Shown: positions 41,752 to 52,219, counted from the stretch's first letter. The stretch: 64,000 nt of DNA from an uncultured Verrucomicrobiae bacterium (GCA_963815455.1 CAWFGO010000001.1:864001-928000); one strand, 5' to 3'. Numbers and translations are program-made. The notes: generated by a model not told the origin, from the letters alone.

Positions 41752-41792
41752 GGCGCAATATCCTTTCTGTTTCGCATCTGAAAGTAGTTTGT

Positions 41793-41820
41793 GAGATCCT
41801 TCGCTTCGCTCAGGATGACA
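41793..41820. repeat. Family 1 element, right-arm remnant (copy E)
   Basis: GAGATCCTTCGCTTCGCTCAGGATGACA. Confidence 0.75.
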
Positions 41821-41827
41821 GGGAATG

Positions 41828-42457
41828 CTACCGCATTTCAACCAGCGCCATCATTACTTCTTGCAAGCGCAAGCGCTCGGCCTCGAATTCCTCCGACGTG
41901 GTTGTCGATCTTACCCGGTGCGGCTGGCCGAAAATCGCTCGTACGGTGGAGAAAGGCCGCGGAATCATGAACCCGTCCCAACTGCGCAATCGCCAGCAAC
42001 TCGAATATTCGACGCTGATCGGCACAACCGGCGCGCCCGTATTTTGAGCGAGCGAGATCGCGCCGCTGCCAAGCACGTAGCGCGGCCCGCGCGGACCGTC
42101 CGGCGTGAGAACCACGTCGCCACCGTTTTCGACCAGGCGGGTAAGCTCGAGCAACGCTTCCGCGCCGCGCCGCGAGGTCGATCCGCGTACATTGCCGACT
42201 CCGAATCGCTCCATCACGCCTGCGATGATCGCTCCGTCCTTGCTAGAACTCGCCAGTACGGCGCCGTGTCGATGTTTGTAAAACCGCGCATAAACGATCG
42301 GCATCACGCACATGCGGTTATGCCAGAAAATCCAGATGGTCGGTTCACGCAGGGTGCCCGAGTTCAGACCGCTGCGATCATCAACACGAATGCGGAGCGT
42401 ACTTCCGAGCAACCGGAGAACCCAGGCGACCAGCCATGGAATAATTGTTTCCTTCAC
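41828..42457 (-). CDS. Lysophospholipid-acyltransferase-like protein (DUF374)
   Basis: [40 protein letters not shown]. Confidence 0.82.
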   Translation of the reverse strand: MKETIIPWLVAWVLRLLGSTLRIRVDDRSGLNSGTLREPTIWIFWHNRMCVMPIVYARFYKHRHGAVLASSSKDGAIIAGVMERFGVGNVRGSTSRRGAEALLELTRLVENGGDVVLTPDGPRGPRYVLGSGAISLAQNTGAPVVPISVEYSSCWRLRSWDGFMIPRPFSTVRAIFGQPHRVRSTTTSEEFEAERLRLQEVMMALVEMR

Positions 42458-42464
42458 TGCGACG

Positions 42465-43010
42465 TCAGCTTTGCCAACGATAGGCGCGCGGGTTGGGCAG
42501 GCCGATCTGATCGAGAATGCGCCACACGACCGTATCGACAACATCGACAACCGATTTCGGCCGGCTGTAAAAAGAGGGAATTGCCGGCAGCACAATTGCG
42601 CCCGCTTCGAGCAACGTCACCATGTTGCGGGCGTGAATTAGGTTCCACGGCGTTTCGCGCGGTACGAGAACCAGTTTGCGGCGTTCCTTGAGAAAAACGT
42701 CGGCCGCGCGCAACAGCGCGCTATCGCTCGAGCCGGAGGCGATACGGCCGAGCGTGGCCATCGAGCAGGGCACGATTACCATGGCGTCGAAATAGGCCGA
42801 GCCGCTCACGAATGGAACGTTGAGATCTTTCTCCGGATGCTGCACGACATTCGCGGGGATTTGGAGATGATCGACCTCCTGTTTCGCGACCTGCTGGGCG
42901 TGACCGCTCATCACCAGATGCACTTCATGCGCGCCGCAATCGATTTGTTCGAGCAGGCGTTGAAGATAAATAGTTCCGCTGGCGCCGGTGGCGGCAATGA
43001 CAAGTTTCAT
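42465..43010 (-). CDS. ubiX: Flavin prenyltransferase
   Basis: ATGASG, SGS, PCSMATL, RAADVFLKERRKLVLVPRETP, PSFY. Confidence 0.93.
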   Translation of the reverse strand: MKLVIAATGASGTIYLQRLLEQIDCGAHEVHLVMSGHAQQVAKQEVDHLQIPANVVQHPEKDLNVPFVSGSAYFDAMVIVPCSMATLGRIASGSSDSALLRAADVFLKERRKLVLVPRETPWNLIHARNMVTLLEAGAIVLPAIPSFYSRPKSVVDVVDTVVWRILDQIGLPNPRAYRWQS

Positions 43011-43067
43011 CGCAAAAGTCTGCCGGCAGTTTGAATTTGATCCCGACCCGGGGCAATAAGATAGATC

Positions 43068-43445
43068 ATGGTCAAGAAGCTCTTACACACCCGCTATCGG
43101 GTAAAGGATTTGGAGAAAACTGTTTCGTTTTACAAGGACGTGCTCGGGCTGAAGGAGGTTGGCCGCCACACATCCGGTCGGGGCTCGCAGCTTGTCTTTC
43201 TAAAAGCGCCCGAAAGTGAAGAGGAGATCGAGCTGTGCAAATTTGATGAAAGCGGGCCGGTCGTGGTCGGTCCCGATCTGACTCATCTCGCGTTCGAGGT
43301 AGACGATCTCGACAAATTCGCCCAGGAAGCGGCGGCCAAGGGTTATCCGCTCTCAGACGGTCCGCACAAAAGCAGCAGTGGCCGGATCGCGTTCATCGAC
43401 GCGCCGGAAGGTTACGAGATCGAGCTGATCGAACGGGCGCGGTAG
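43068..43445 (+). CDS. VOC family protein (lactoylglutathione lyase-like)
   Basis: LHTRYRVKDLEKTVSFY, HLAFEVDDL, FIDAPEGYEIEL. Confidence 0.85.
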   Translation: MVKKLLHTRYRVKDLEKTVSFYKDVLGLKEVGRHTSGRGSQLVFLKAPESEEEIELCKFDESGPVVVGPDLTHLAFEVDDLDKFAQEAAAKGYPLSDGPHKSSSGRIAFIDAPEGYEIELIERAR

Positions 43446-43514
43446 GACACACCGGAATTCCCGCCCGCCAGTCCCTTGCGCAACGCGCAAATTCGTTTCT
43501 AGTTTTTGCTCCCG

Positions 43515-44498
43515 ATGAAATTCAGCGGCCTCATCATTCCTCACTTCCGCGTGCTGGCGCTCATATTGAGTTTGGCGATGCAGGCCGGAGCGCAAGATGC
43601 GGTCCGGCCCACCGGGATTTCCGAGCCCTCCTCGAAGGAAGGCGCGACGAAGATTACCGCTGCTCGAACCGAATCGACGAAAAAGGAAAGACCGGCTCGG
43701 CGCTCCTCTGCTCACCACGCGCCCAAGCCGCTTGCCGATTCAGAAACGAGCCCGCTGGTCTCTCGCGAAGTGCCTTCGACCGGCGCGAAAGCGATTATGG
43801 TGGTGGATGCTGTCAACGGCCAGGTGCTGTACGAAAAAAACGCCGATGTCATGCGAGCGCCGGCCAGTACTCAGAAATTGCTGACCGCGCTGATCGTCGC
43901 CGAGCGCGGCTTTCTCGATCAGCCGGTAAAAGTCGAAGCCGTCGATACCATGGCAGAGCCGGTGAAGCTGAATATTCGACCGGGTGATGTTTACCAACGC
44001 ATGGATCTCCTTCGAGCGCTGTTAGTGAAAAGCCCGAACGATGTGGCCCGGTGCCTCGCGCGCGATTATGCCGGGAGCATCGAAGCATTCGCCCAAGTCA
44101 TGAACCGACGCGCCCGCGAATTGGGCGCAACCAATTCGCACTTCGTAAACCCGAACGGTCTGCCTGTCCCTGGCCAATATTCCACCGCACGCGATCTTTC
44201 CATCATCGCCCGCACCGCGTATGCCAATCCAACGATCCGTTCAATCGTTCGGATGCCTCAGCTTGTTTTTCGTTATGCCAATGGCCGTACTCGCGAGCTG
44301 ACCAACACGAACAAAGTTCTGCAACGCTCACCTTATTGTAACGGGATGAAGACCGGTTACACCGAAGCCGCCGGTCACTGCCTGATCGCGAGCGGCTCGC
44401 GTCCGGGCCGCGACGTGATCGTCGTGGTGCTGGGCGACAGCAAGGCAGGCGTATGGCGCGACGCGTCGGCACTGCTTTCCTGGGGCCTCTGGATGTAG
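43515..44498 (+). CDS. D-alanyl-D-alanine carboxypeptidase (peptidase S11)
   Basis: PASTQK (SxxK), SPND (SxN), NPNGL, KTGYT. Confidence 0.88.
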   Translation: MKFSGLIIPHFRVLALILSLAMQAGAQDAVRPTGISEPSSKEGATKITAARTESTKKERPARRSSAHHAPKPLADSETSPLVSREVPSTGAKAIMVVDAVNGQVLYEKNADVMRAPASTQKLLTALIVAERGFLDQPVKVEAVDTMAEPVKLNIRPGDVYQRMDLLRALLVKSPNDVARCLARDYAGSIEAFAQVMNRRARELGATNSHFVNPNGLPVPGQYSTARDLSIIARTAYANPTIRSIVRMPQLVFRYANGRTRELTNTNKVLQRSPYCNGMKTGYTEAAGHCLIASGSRPGRDVIVVVLGDSKAGVWRDASALLSWGLWM

Positions 44499-44607
44499 CG
44501 GAAGGTGTTGCTGCGAGAGGGAGGACCAATCCGCTCGCTCTGTCGCGCGCTCCCAGCCCGGTAGGGGAAGCTGACAGCTTCCCCGGGGCAGTTCGCCCAC
44601 CCAATAA

Positions 44608-44871
44608 TTACGGCGTGTCCGAAGCGGCCGAGAGACGAAGCAATGGTGTCGGCACCAGCTTCGGATTCCGTTTCGGATCGGACGGAGCATCCGCAGCAAT
44701 ATCGTCAGGTCCCTCTGCGGGCGGAGCGGGCTCTGCACCTGCCGTATTATCAACGGCAGCGTATTTGTTCATCAACCGTTGTTCGAGCGACTGGCGATCG
44801 GCCGTTTTCGTGGTCGAACAAGCGGGAAGCAGGGCGAGACTAAGCAAACAAGCAGCAATTTTGATATTCAT
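44608..44871 (-). CDS. Small hypothetical lipoprotein
   Basis: Signal peptide with lipobox LPAC; a possible promoter TTGCTC-N17-TATAAA at 44950-44922. Confidence 0.6.
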   Translation of the reverse strand: MNIKIAACLLSLALLPACSTTKTADRQSLEQRLMNKYAAVDNTAGAEPAPPAEGPDDIAADAPSDPKRNPKLVPTPLLRLSAASDTP

Positions 44872-44982
44872 TCTTCGGGCTCCGTATGTGTGTGTATGCG
44901 AGAGATTTGATCTAGCGTGGGTTTATAATTACCATAATACGATCGAGCAAGGCAAGTACTTTTTTAGGCCTGTTTTCCCAGC

Positions 44983-45050
44983 TGTAGCGGCGGCCTCTGG
45001 CCGTCGCAAATTTCCTCCTGGGAGACCGACGGTCATAGACCGTCGCTACA
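44983..45050. repeat. GTAG-tagged REP doublet (REPIN-like)
   Basis: TGTAGCGGCGGCCTCTGGCCGTCG-N20-CGACGGTCATAGACCGTCGCTACA. Confidence 0.85.
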
Positions 45051-45924
45051 GAAACCGCCCTAGGATCGGGGTCAATCTCTCCACCGTCGCCTTCGGCCAA
45101 AGCTTGCGATCGGTGACCAAGGCCGAATCGAGGGCCAAGTGCTCCGGCCAATCGGCCCTCGCCGGTATCCGCGGGATTACATCGACAAGCACCCTCTTTG
45201 CCGTCTCGGCATTGGCCAGCAAATGGCCGACTACCGTCTGTGCCGAGACCGGTTCTTCCTCCCCCTTCCAGCAATCGTAATCGGTCACCATGGCCATCGT
45301 GGCCAGCGCGATCTCTGCTTCCCGGGCCAGCTTAGCCTCCGGCAAATTGGTCATGCCGATCACGTCGAAGCCGTGCCGTCGGTTCAACTCCGATTCCGCC
45401 CGCGTGGAAAACGCCGGCCCGTCCATGTTCACGTAAGTGCCGCCGTTGTGGACCTTCAGACCAAGCCGGCTCGCAGATTCAGCCAGTAAATTTCGCAGCG
45501 CCGCGCTGATCGGCTCAGCGAACGAGATATGTGCGGCGATTCCTTCACCGAAAAATGTATGGGCCGCGCGCGAACTGGTGCGATCGTAAAACTGCGACGG
45601 CAAAACAATATCCCGAGGCGCGTATTTCTCCTGCAAACTGCCCACCGCGGTCACGCAAATGATCCAACGCACATTAAGCGAGCGCAGCGCGTAAATATTG
45701 GCGCGATGATTGAGTTCGTGCGGCAGAATCCGATGACCGCGCCCGTGCCTTGGCAAGAAGTAAACGTTCCGCTCCGCAAAGGTCCCGCCAATCACGACAT
45801 CGGACGGCGCCCCAAACGGAGTGTCGATCTTATGCTCGGTCGCATCATGCAACCCGTCGATTTGATACAGACCACTCCCGCCGATAATCCCGATCGCTCC
45901 GGGTCCTTCTTTCATTCCCGACAT
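45046..45924 (-). CDS. mtnP: S-methyl-5'-thioadenosine phosphorylase
   Basis: GIIGGSGLY, TPFG, PRHG, GPAFSTRAES, IGMTNLPEAKLAREAE, VTDYDCW. Confidence 0.92.
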   Translation of the reverse strand: MSGMKEGPGAIGIIGGSGLYQIDGLHDATEHKIDTPFGAPSDVVIGGTFAERNVYFLPRHGRGHRILPHELNHRANIYALRSLNVRWIICVTAVGSLQEKYAPRDIVLPSQFYDRTSSRAAHTFFGEGIAAHISFAEPISAALRNLLAESASRLGLKVHNGGTYVNMDGPAFSTRAESELNRRHGFDVIGMTNLPEAKLAREAEIALATMAMVTDYDCWKGEEEPVSAQTVVGHLLANAETAKRVLVDVIPRIPARADWPEHLALDSALVTDRKLWPKATVERLTPILGRFL

Positions 45925-46008
45925 GTCGGGGTTAAACCCGAAAGATCAACAAGATGGCAAGTGCATAATGGCGAACTGGTCTCGCCCGTGTATTATTTCC
46001 GCCCGGTC

Positions 46009-47399
46009 ATGCCCAAATTTTTCATCAAGACCTACGGCTGCCAGATGAACGAGCGCGACTCGGAACAGGTCGCGCATTCGCTCAAGCGCGGGGCTATGAG
46101 CGGGTCGCGCAGGAAATCGAGGCCGACGTGGTGTTATTGAACACGTGCAGCGTGCGCGACATGGCCGATCAAAAAGCGCTCGGAAAAATGGGGATGCTGG
46201 GACAAATCGCAAAACAACGCCCGGAAGTGGTGTTCGGTTTTCTCGGCTGCATGGCCCAGGCCCGGGGCCAATCGCTGCTGAAAAATTTGCCGCATGTCGA
46301 TCTCGTCGTTGGCACCCAAAAATTTCATCGCGTGGCCGATTACGTGGATGAACTGGTCGCGCGAAAAAACGAGGTTGTAGCTGGGATCGCCGATCCCAGC
46401 CGCCGTCGCATGAACGATCTTCGTTTTTCGATTGTCGATGTTGCCGACGAAGCCGGGTCGCAGGAAACGATTCGTGAACAGCAACTCGCGCCAAAACAGG
46501 CGACCGCGTTCGTTTCGATCATGCAGGGATGCAACATGCATTGCACTTTTTGCATCGTGCCGCAGACGCGCGGCGCGGAGCGCAGCCGCTCGATTGGCGA
46601 GATCGTCCGCGAAGTACGCGATCTCGTCTCCCGCGGCGTGAAGGAAGTCACTCTGCTCGGGCAGATCGTGAATTTATACGGCCGGCACGAATTTCCGAAG
46701 ATCGACAACAAATCGCCCTTTGTTCAGTTGCTCGAGGCCGTGCACGCCGTCGACGGGCTCGAACGCCTCCGTTTTACCTCGCCGCACCCGATCGGATTTC
46801 GTGACGATCTGATCGGCGCGCTGGCCACGCTGCCAAAACTGGCCGAGCACGTTCATTTGCCGTTGCAATCCGGATCGAACAAGATCCTGAAGGCGATGCA
46901 CCGCACTTACACCGCGGAGAAATATGTCGATCTTGTCCGGCGACTCCGGACGGCGCGTGAGGAAATCGCGATTACCACGGATATCATCGTCGGATTTCCG
47001 GGCGAAACGGACGACGATTACAAACAGACGCGCGATCTGGTGGAAGAAATACAATTCGATAATGCATTCATCTTTCGCTACTCGCCCCGGCGCGATACGC
47101 CGGCTGCGGAAATGGCGACCCAGATCGACGAAAAGATCAAGGCAGAGCGCAACCAGGACTTGCTCCAAATCGTGAACGAGTCCAACCACCGCAGTCTCGA
47201 GCGGTTGGTCGGCCGAAATGCGGAAGTAATTTGCGAAGGGCCGAGCAGAACGAATCCGGCCCGCCTGATGGGCCGCACCCGCACCAACAAGATCGTCGTG
47301 TTCGAGGGCGGCGACGAGTTGGTGGGCGAGCTTGTCGATCTTCGGATCGAGCGGGCCAACGGATTCAGCTTGTATGGCACGCCTCTTTCGCGAACCTAG
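46009..47399 (+). CDS. miaB: tRNA methylthiotransferase MiaB, 1-base deletion near 46085
   Basis: MPKFFIKTYGCQMNERDSE in one frame, then LNTCSVRD, CNMHCTFC (radical SAM), DIIVGFPGET and the TRAM domain in another. Confidence 0.93.
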
Positions 47400-47414
47400 C
47401 TCGCTGGAAACAAT

Positions 47415-47963
47415 ATGATTTACCATTTCTCTTTGCACGCTGTCGGCACCATCGCGGGGTTCTTCCTCGTGGCGATGAGTTTGCCCGGCTTGATGAAACC
47501 GGATCTCGCCGTCGTCGCCCAGCGGTTCCCGCGATCGCGCTTGTCGGGCGTTGTCTTGCTTACAATCGATCTGGCCTGGAGCCTCTGGCTCGTCGCGACG
47601 ATGGAGATGGGGGAATTCTCCAGTTTCCGAAAACCATTGCTGATTATTTTGCCGGTCGGTTACATCCTCGTTCTGCGTTTTGTGGACGAATTTCTGTCGG
47701 TGCGGGCCCTTGGGGTTCTTTGTTTGCTCGTCGCGGAACCGCTGCTCGATGCCGCTTTTCTCCGGCACGAGTCGAGCCGCTTGCTCGTCACCGTTTTCGC
47801 CTACGTGCTTATCGTCGCCGGTCTCTTCTGGGCGGCAGTGCCCTACGTGCTGCGCGATCAGATTAATTGGAGCGCGCGCAGCGCATTTCGCTGGCGATTC
47901 CTCCACGGCATCGCGCTGGTCTATGGCGCGGCGATTCTTGCGTTCGCGTTCACGCGGTACTAA
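47415..47963 (+). CDS. Hypothetical membrane protein
   Basis: 182 aa with about 5-6 hydrophobic segments; operonic spacing. Confidence 0.7.
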   Translation: MIYHFSLHAVGTIAGFFLVAMSLPGLMKPDLAVVAQRFPRSRLSGVVLLTIDLAWSLWLVATMEMGEFSSFRKPLLIILPVGYILVLRFVDEFLSVRALGVLCLLVAEPLLDAAFLRHESSRLLVTVFAYVLIVAGLFWAAVPYVLRDQINWSARSAFRWRFLHGIALVYGAAILAFAFTRY

Positions 47964-47966
47964 GCG

Positions 47967-48905
47967 TTGAAGCGCATCCTCGTCATCCGCGGCGGCGCGA
48001 TTGGCGATTTTATTCTCACCCTGCCCGCTCTCGAGGCGCTTCGTAACGCGTATCCTCATGCGCGCATCGAAATTCTCGGCTACAAACACATCGCAGCCCT
48101 CGCCGAGAACCGGTTCTACGCGCAAGCGGTCCGCTCCATTGAATACGGACCCCTTTCATCGTTCTTCGCGAAGAATTCCAAACCGCGTGTTGAGCTGGCA
48201 GATTATTTCGCGAGCTTCGATTTGATCGTCAGCTATTTCTATGATCCCGACCGGATTTTCGAGAGCAATCTCCGCCAGTGCGGCGTGGAAAATCTGGTTT
48301 GCGGTCCAGCCAGACTCAATGACGAGAAACACGCCGCGCGGCAACTCGTTCGCCCAATGGAAGAACTTGGGCTATCGGTCCGCGCGCTCGCGCCGAAGTT
48401 GTATCCGTCCGTGGAGGATCGACAATTGGCGAAGGAGTTCCTGGCCGCGCTGCCATCACCTGTTGTCGCCATTCACCCGGGAAGCGGCAGTGAGAAAAAG
48501 AATTGGCCGGTCGAAAACTGGATTTCCCTTATGGAGTGCGGCGACATGTCGCCGCTTTTCCTAATTGTCTCCGGCGAAGCCGACGAGCCGCAACGCGCGC
48601 GTCTAGAAGACCAATGGAAAGATCGACATGTGCGCTTCGCGAAAAACTTGCCGTTGCCTCAACTCGCCGCCGTACTTGAGAATGCAATTTTCATCGGACA
48701 CGATAGTGGAATCTCGCATCTGGCAGCGGCGGCGGGTGCGCGCTGCATCTTGCTCTTTGGTCCGACCGATCCGGCGGTTTGGGCGCCGTTGAATAAGAAC
48801 GTCAAAATCCTGCGCGCGCCGAGCGGCGACCTGCGACAGCTGGATGTCGATCTTGTGCGCGACGAAGTCGCTCAGGCACTGATGCGCATCGGCATCAGCA
48901 CGTAG
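47967..48905 (+). CDS. GT9 (heptosyltransferase-like) glycosyltransferase
   Basis: ILVIRGGAIGDFILTLP, IHPGSGSEKKNWP, GHDSGISHLAAA, LFGPT. Confidence 0.88.
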   Translation: MKRILVIRGGAIGDFILTLPALEALRNAYPHARIEILGYKHIAALAENRFYAQAVRSIEYGPLSSFFAKNSKPRVELADYFASFDLIVSYFYDPDRIFESNLRQCGVENLVCGPARLNDEKHAARQLVRPMEELGLSVRALAPKLYPSVEDRQLAKEFLAALPSPVVAIHPGSGSEKKNWPVENWISLMECGDMSPLFLIVSGEADEPQRARLEDQWKDRHVRFAKNLPLPQLAAVLENAIFIGHDSGISHLAAAAGARCILLFGPTDPAVWAPLNKNVKILRAPSGDLRQLDVDLVRDEVAQALMRIGIST

Positions 48906-49969
48906 AGAAACGGCGTGTGAATCTTCAATACGCCGGGACTCATTTCATCGATGAGATCGAGGAAGACTTCGTCCTCGGTGAGATTGCGCAAGGGCGCCAT
49001 GAAAAATTCCGGATTAAAAGCGATGGAAAAATCGCGCCCTTTGTACTGCACGGCCAACGATTCCTTCGCTTCGCCGACCTCCGGCGTGTTCGCGGTGATC
49101 TCGATGTTGTTCTTGCTGAAGTTGAGCTTGATCGAATTCGACTTGTCGCTGGCCAGCAGGGAAACGCGCCGCAACGAATTTAGGAAGGTCTCCCGCTCCA
49201 GGGTGACGCGCTCTTTCGTTTCGGCCGGAATCACCTGCTTGTAATTGGGATAATTGCCTTCGATCAATTTTGAAACCAGCAGCGTCTTGTTCAGATCGAA
49301 CGCGACCTGGCCGCCGGCCACGCTCATTTTCACATCGCCCTCGTCGGTGAGCAGCCGCTGCAGCTCGGTGACCGCTTTGGTTGGCACGATCAGCTCCGCC
49401 TCGTGACTGCGCGGAAATTCCAATTCGATATCGACCATGGCCAGCCGCCGGCCATCGGTCGCAACCAAAGTGAGCTTGTTGTCCTTAAGACTGAACAAGA
49501 CGCCGTTGAGCACGTAGCGGGTCTCGTCGGTCGAGATGGCATACGAAGTCTTGCGCAGCCCGTCCCGCAAATCTTTCTGCCGCATGGTAACGACTTTCGC
49601 GTTCTCAAATTTCGGCAACGGCGGAAATTCCTCCTCCGGCAAACCGAGGATTTTAAAGAAGCTCTGGCCGCTTCGAATGGAGGCCGTATTTTTTCCATCG
49701 ACATCGATCTGGATTTCACTCGAGGGCAATTCGCGGACGATGTTGAAAAGGCGGCGGGCGGGAAGCGTCGTGGCGCCGGCTTTTTCCACCTGGGCTTCGC
49801 AACTGCCTCGCACTCCCACGTCGAGATCGGTCGTGGTAAGATGAATTTCACCGTCCTTCGCCTGCAACAATACATTCGAGAGAATCGGGAGAGTCGTCCG
49901 CGTGCTGACGACGTTTTGGACCTGTTGCAGGCCTTCGAGTAATTTTTCTTTAGTGATGCTGACTTTCAT
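48872..49969 (-). CDS. dnaN: DNA polymerase III beta clamp
   Basis: STDETRYVLNG, VATDGRRL, LIEGNYPNY, YVLMPMR. Confidence 0.97.
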   Translation of the reverse strand: MKVSITKEKLLEGLQQVQNVVSTRTTLPILSNVLLQAKDGEIHLTTTDLDVGVRGSCEAQVEKAGATTLPARRLFNIVRELPSSEIQIDVDGKNTASIRSGQSFFKILGLPEEEFPPLPKFENAKVVTMRQKDLRDGLRKTSYAISTDETRYVLNGVLFSLKDNKLTLVATDGRRLAMVDIELEFPRSHEAELIVPTKAVTELQRLLTDEGDVKMSVAGGQVAFDLNKTLLVSKLIEGNYPNYKQVIPAETKERVTLERETFLNSLRRVSLLASDKSNSIKLNFSKNNIEITANTPEVGEAKESLAVQYKGRDFSIAFNPEFFMAPLRNLTEDEVFLDLIDEMSPGVLKIHTPFLYVLMPMRISA

Positions 49970-50080
49970 GAGGCTAAATGGAGCGCCTAAGATGTAAGGC
50001 TTCCGATTTTATTCGGCAACCGTAAAGTCACCTGAAGTCGCGGTGAGTTCAATGAGCGTACGAAAACAGCGATAATTTGA

Positions 50081-50140
50081 GGGATTCCTCCCGCCTTCGC
50101 CTAAGGCTACGGCGCGGCATGCGACTTCGCTCGGAATGAC
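50081..50140. repeat. Family 1 right arm interrupted by a family 2 element (nested)
   Basis: GGGATTCCTC[CCGCCTTCGCCTAAGGCTACGGCGCGGCATG]CGACTTCGCTCGGAATGAC. Confidence 0.8.
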
Positions 50141-50149
50141 AAAATGGGA

Positions 50150-51505
50150 TCACCGGTGAAGCGAACTGTCGATGAATGAGATTGTCTGGCGAATCTTGTC
50201 CTGCTCGCTCATCCGTTTCTTCACCAGCTTGCAGGCGTGCAGCACGGTGCCGTGGTCGCGTCCGCCAAAAGCCTCGCCGATTTCATTGAGCGATGCCTTG
50301 GTCAGGACCCGGGCCAGATACATCGCCACCTGTCGGGGAAAAGCGATGTTGGCCGGCCGTCGCTTGCTGGTCATGTCGGCCAGACGCACATCGAAATGTT
50401 CCGCCACCTTTCGCTGAATTTGCTCGATGGTGATCGATTGCCGCCCCTCCTCCTGCAAAATGTCTTTCAGCAAATGTTCGACGACTTCCTGGGTAAGCTC
50501 CTTGCCGCTGAGGGAAGCGAACGATGCCACCCGCATCAGCGCACCCTCGAGGCGGCGCACATTGGTCTTGATCCGGCTGGCCAGAAACTCGAACACTTGA
50601 TCACTTAGCTTGATTTGCAGGATCAAGGCTTTCTTGCGCAAGATCGCCATGCGCGTTTCCTCGTCGGGCGGTTGAAGCTCGGCGGTCAATCCCCACTCGA
50701 AACGAGAAACCAACCGGTGCTCAAGATTGGCAATTTCCGAAGCGGGCCGGTCGCTGGAGAGCACGATCTGCTTATGCCCATCGAACAGCGTGTTGAACGT
50801 GTGAAAAAATTCCTCCTGCGAGCGCTCCTTGCCGGCCATGAACTGGATGTCGTCGATTAAGAGGAGGTCCGCCTGGCGATAACGTTTCCGGAACTTGGCC
50901 AGATTGCTGTGCTGAATTGCATCGATGAATTCGTTGATGAATAGCTCGCTGGAAACGTAAATCACCTTGGTGTTTCTCTTTTTTGTCCACACATGCTGGC
51001 CGATCGCCTGCATCAAATGCGTCTTGCCGAGTCCGACCCCGCCATAAATGAAGAGCGGATTGTAGGTCCGGGCCGGTGTTTGGGCCACGGCCAGTGAAGC
51101 CGAGTGCGCGTATTCATTGTTCGGGCCGACGACAAACGTTTCGAACGTGTTGCGTGGATTGAGACCGAGGCTACCGCCGCTGTTTCGGCTTTCGCGCGGC
51201 TTCGGCATTTCTTCCAACGCGATTGCCTCCTCCGCGACGACTTTCCCTTCCGATCCCGGCGGCAGCGCGAACTTCACGTCGCGGGGCGCGCCAAACGCAA
51301 TCACGATAGCCGCCTGGAGCGCCGCCAGGTGATTACTCTCGATCCAAAATTGATAAATGTTATTAGGGACGCGGAACGTGACCGCTTCATCGTTGAAATC
51401 AATTAGTTCCACGGCCGAAAACCAGCGCTTAAACGTATCCGCGCTCACGTGGGGTTTCAGCGCGGCGGCCAACTTTTGCCACAGCTCGTTATATTTCTCT
51501 TTCAT
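50150..51505 (-). CDS. dnaA: Chromosomal replication initiator DnaA
   Basis: YNPLFIYGGVGLGKTHL, LLIDDIQF, SRFEWGL, RQVAMYL, FGGRDHGTVLHA. Confidence 0.98.
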   Translation of the reverse strand: MKEKYNELWQKLAAALKPHVSADTFKRWFSAVELIDFNDEAVTFRVPNNIYQFWIESNHLAALQAAIVIAFGAPRDVKFALPPGSEGKVVAEEAIALEEMPKPRESRNSGGSLGLNPRNTFETFVVGPNNEYAHSASLAVAQTPARTYNPLFIYGGVGLGKTHLMQAIGQHVWTKKRNTKVIYVSSELFINEFIDAIQHSNLAKFRKRYRQADLLLIDDIQFMAGKERSQEEFFHTFNTLFDGHKQIVLSSDRPASEIANLEHRLVSRFEWGLTAELQPPDEETRMAILRKKALILQIKLSDQVFEFLASRIKTNVRRLEGALMRVASFASLSGKELTQEVVEHLLKDILQEEGRQSITIEQIQRKVAEHFDVRLADMTSKRRPANIAFPRQVAMYLARVLTKASLNEIGEAFGGRDHGTVLHACKLVKKRMSEQDKIRQTISFIDSSLHR

Positions 51506-51776
51506 CCGAAGTTGTTAACAGCGTTACACAACTGCCATAAAGGCCCCGGCAGAGGGAAATTGACCGGCAAAACATTCCTGACGCTTCGCAAACCCGAAGT
51601 TCGTTTGGCCGGAGAGGCGGCGGGAACAATTACGAAAATGCCGAAATACGAGGGAAAATTCCGAGGCTGGCGTCCCGAGAAACCATCGATTTTAACACGA
51701 TCGGCGCTGGGAGTGGTGCTTTGGGGTGGGTAGATCACTGGTTGGGTCATTCTAGCTGAGAAGGATTTACAAAAAG

Positions 51777-51796
51777 CTGTTCACATCTTATTCACA
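51777..51796 (+). promoter_or_regulatory. Pair of DnaA-box-like nonamers upstream of dnaA
   Basis: CTGTTCACA (51777-85) and TTATTCACA (51788-96); a weaker TTGTTAACA at 51512-20. Confidence 0.45.
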
Positions 51797-52219
51797 TCGG
51801 CATCCATTCCCCCTGCCAGCGGGCTTGAGATTAGAAATCCGAACGAAGATCGACAAGCACAAATCTAAAATTTATTTTTTGGCGCGCTTCAAAAAAATCT
51901 TGACTGAAAAATCAAAACAGCATTGTCCCGGAAGCGCAAAATCCTGCCTAACACGGGAGATTATGATTGATAGGCGCGGCTGCGCCACAACATTCCTCAA
52001 TAGATCCGATCGCCCCGAATACTGCGCTTGGCGGCCGACGAGAGGCAGATACCATAACGTTCACGGAGGTGTGGATTTGACCGAATCCGCGCAGTCGCGC
52101 ACTTTCTTGCCCTTGCCGCACGGACCTTGCTGGCTTGAAGGCCAAAAAATGAACCCGGACGAAATAAAGTTGTCAGATTGGCCAGGAGAGCGCGTAGTGT
52201 CGTGCCCATCTCGTTAGTC

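Noticed and set aside
46080..46095. Programmed frameshift in miaB or the other split genes
   Set aside because: No slippery heptamer at the junction; the scattered single-base indels are better explained by sequencing error.
51825..52217. 130-aa ORF upstream of dnaA
   Set aside because: TTG start, atypical AT-rich composition and no motifs; more likely regulatory or origin DNA.
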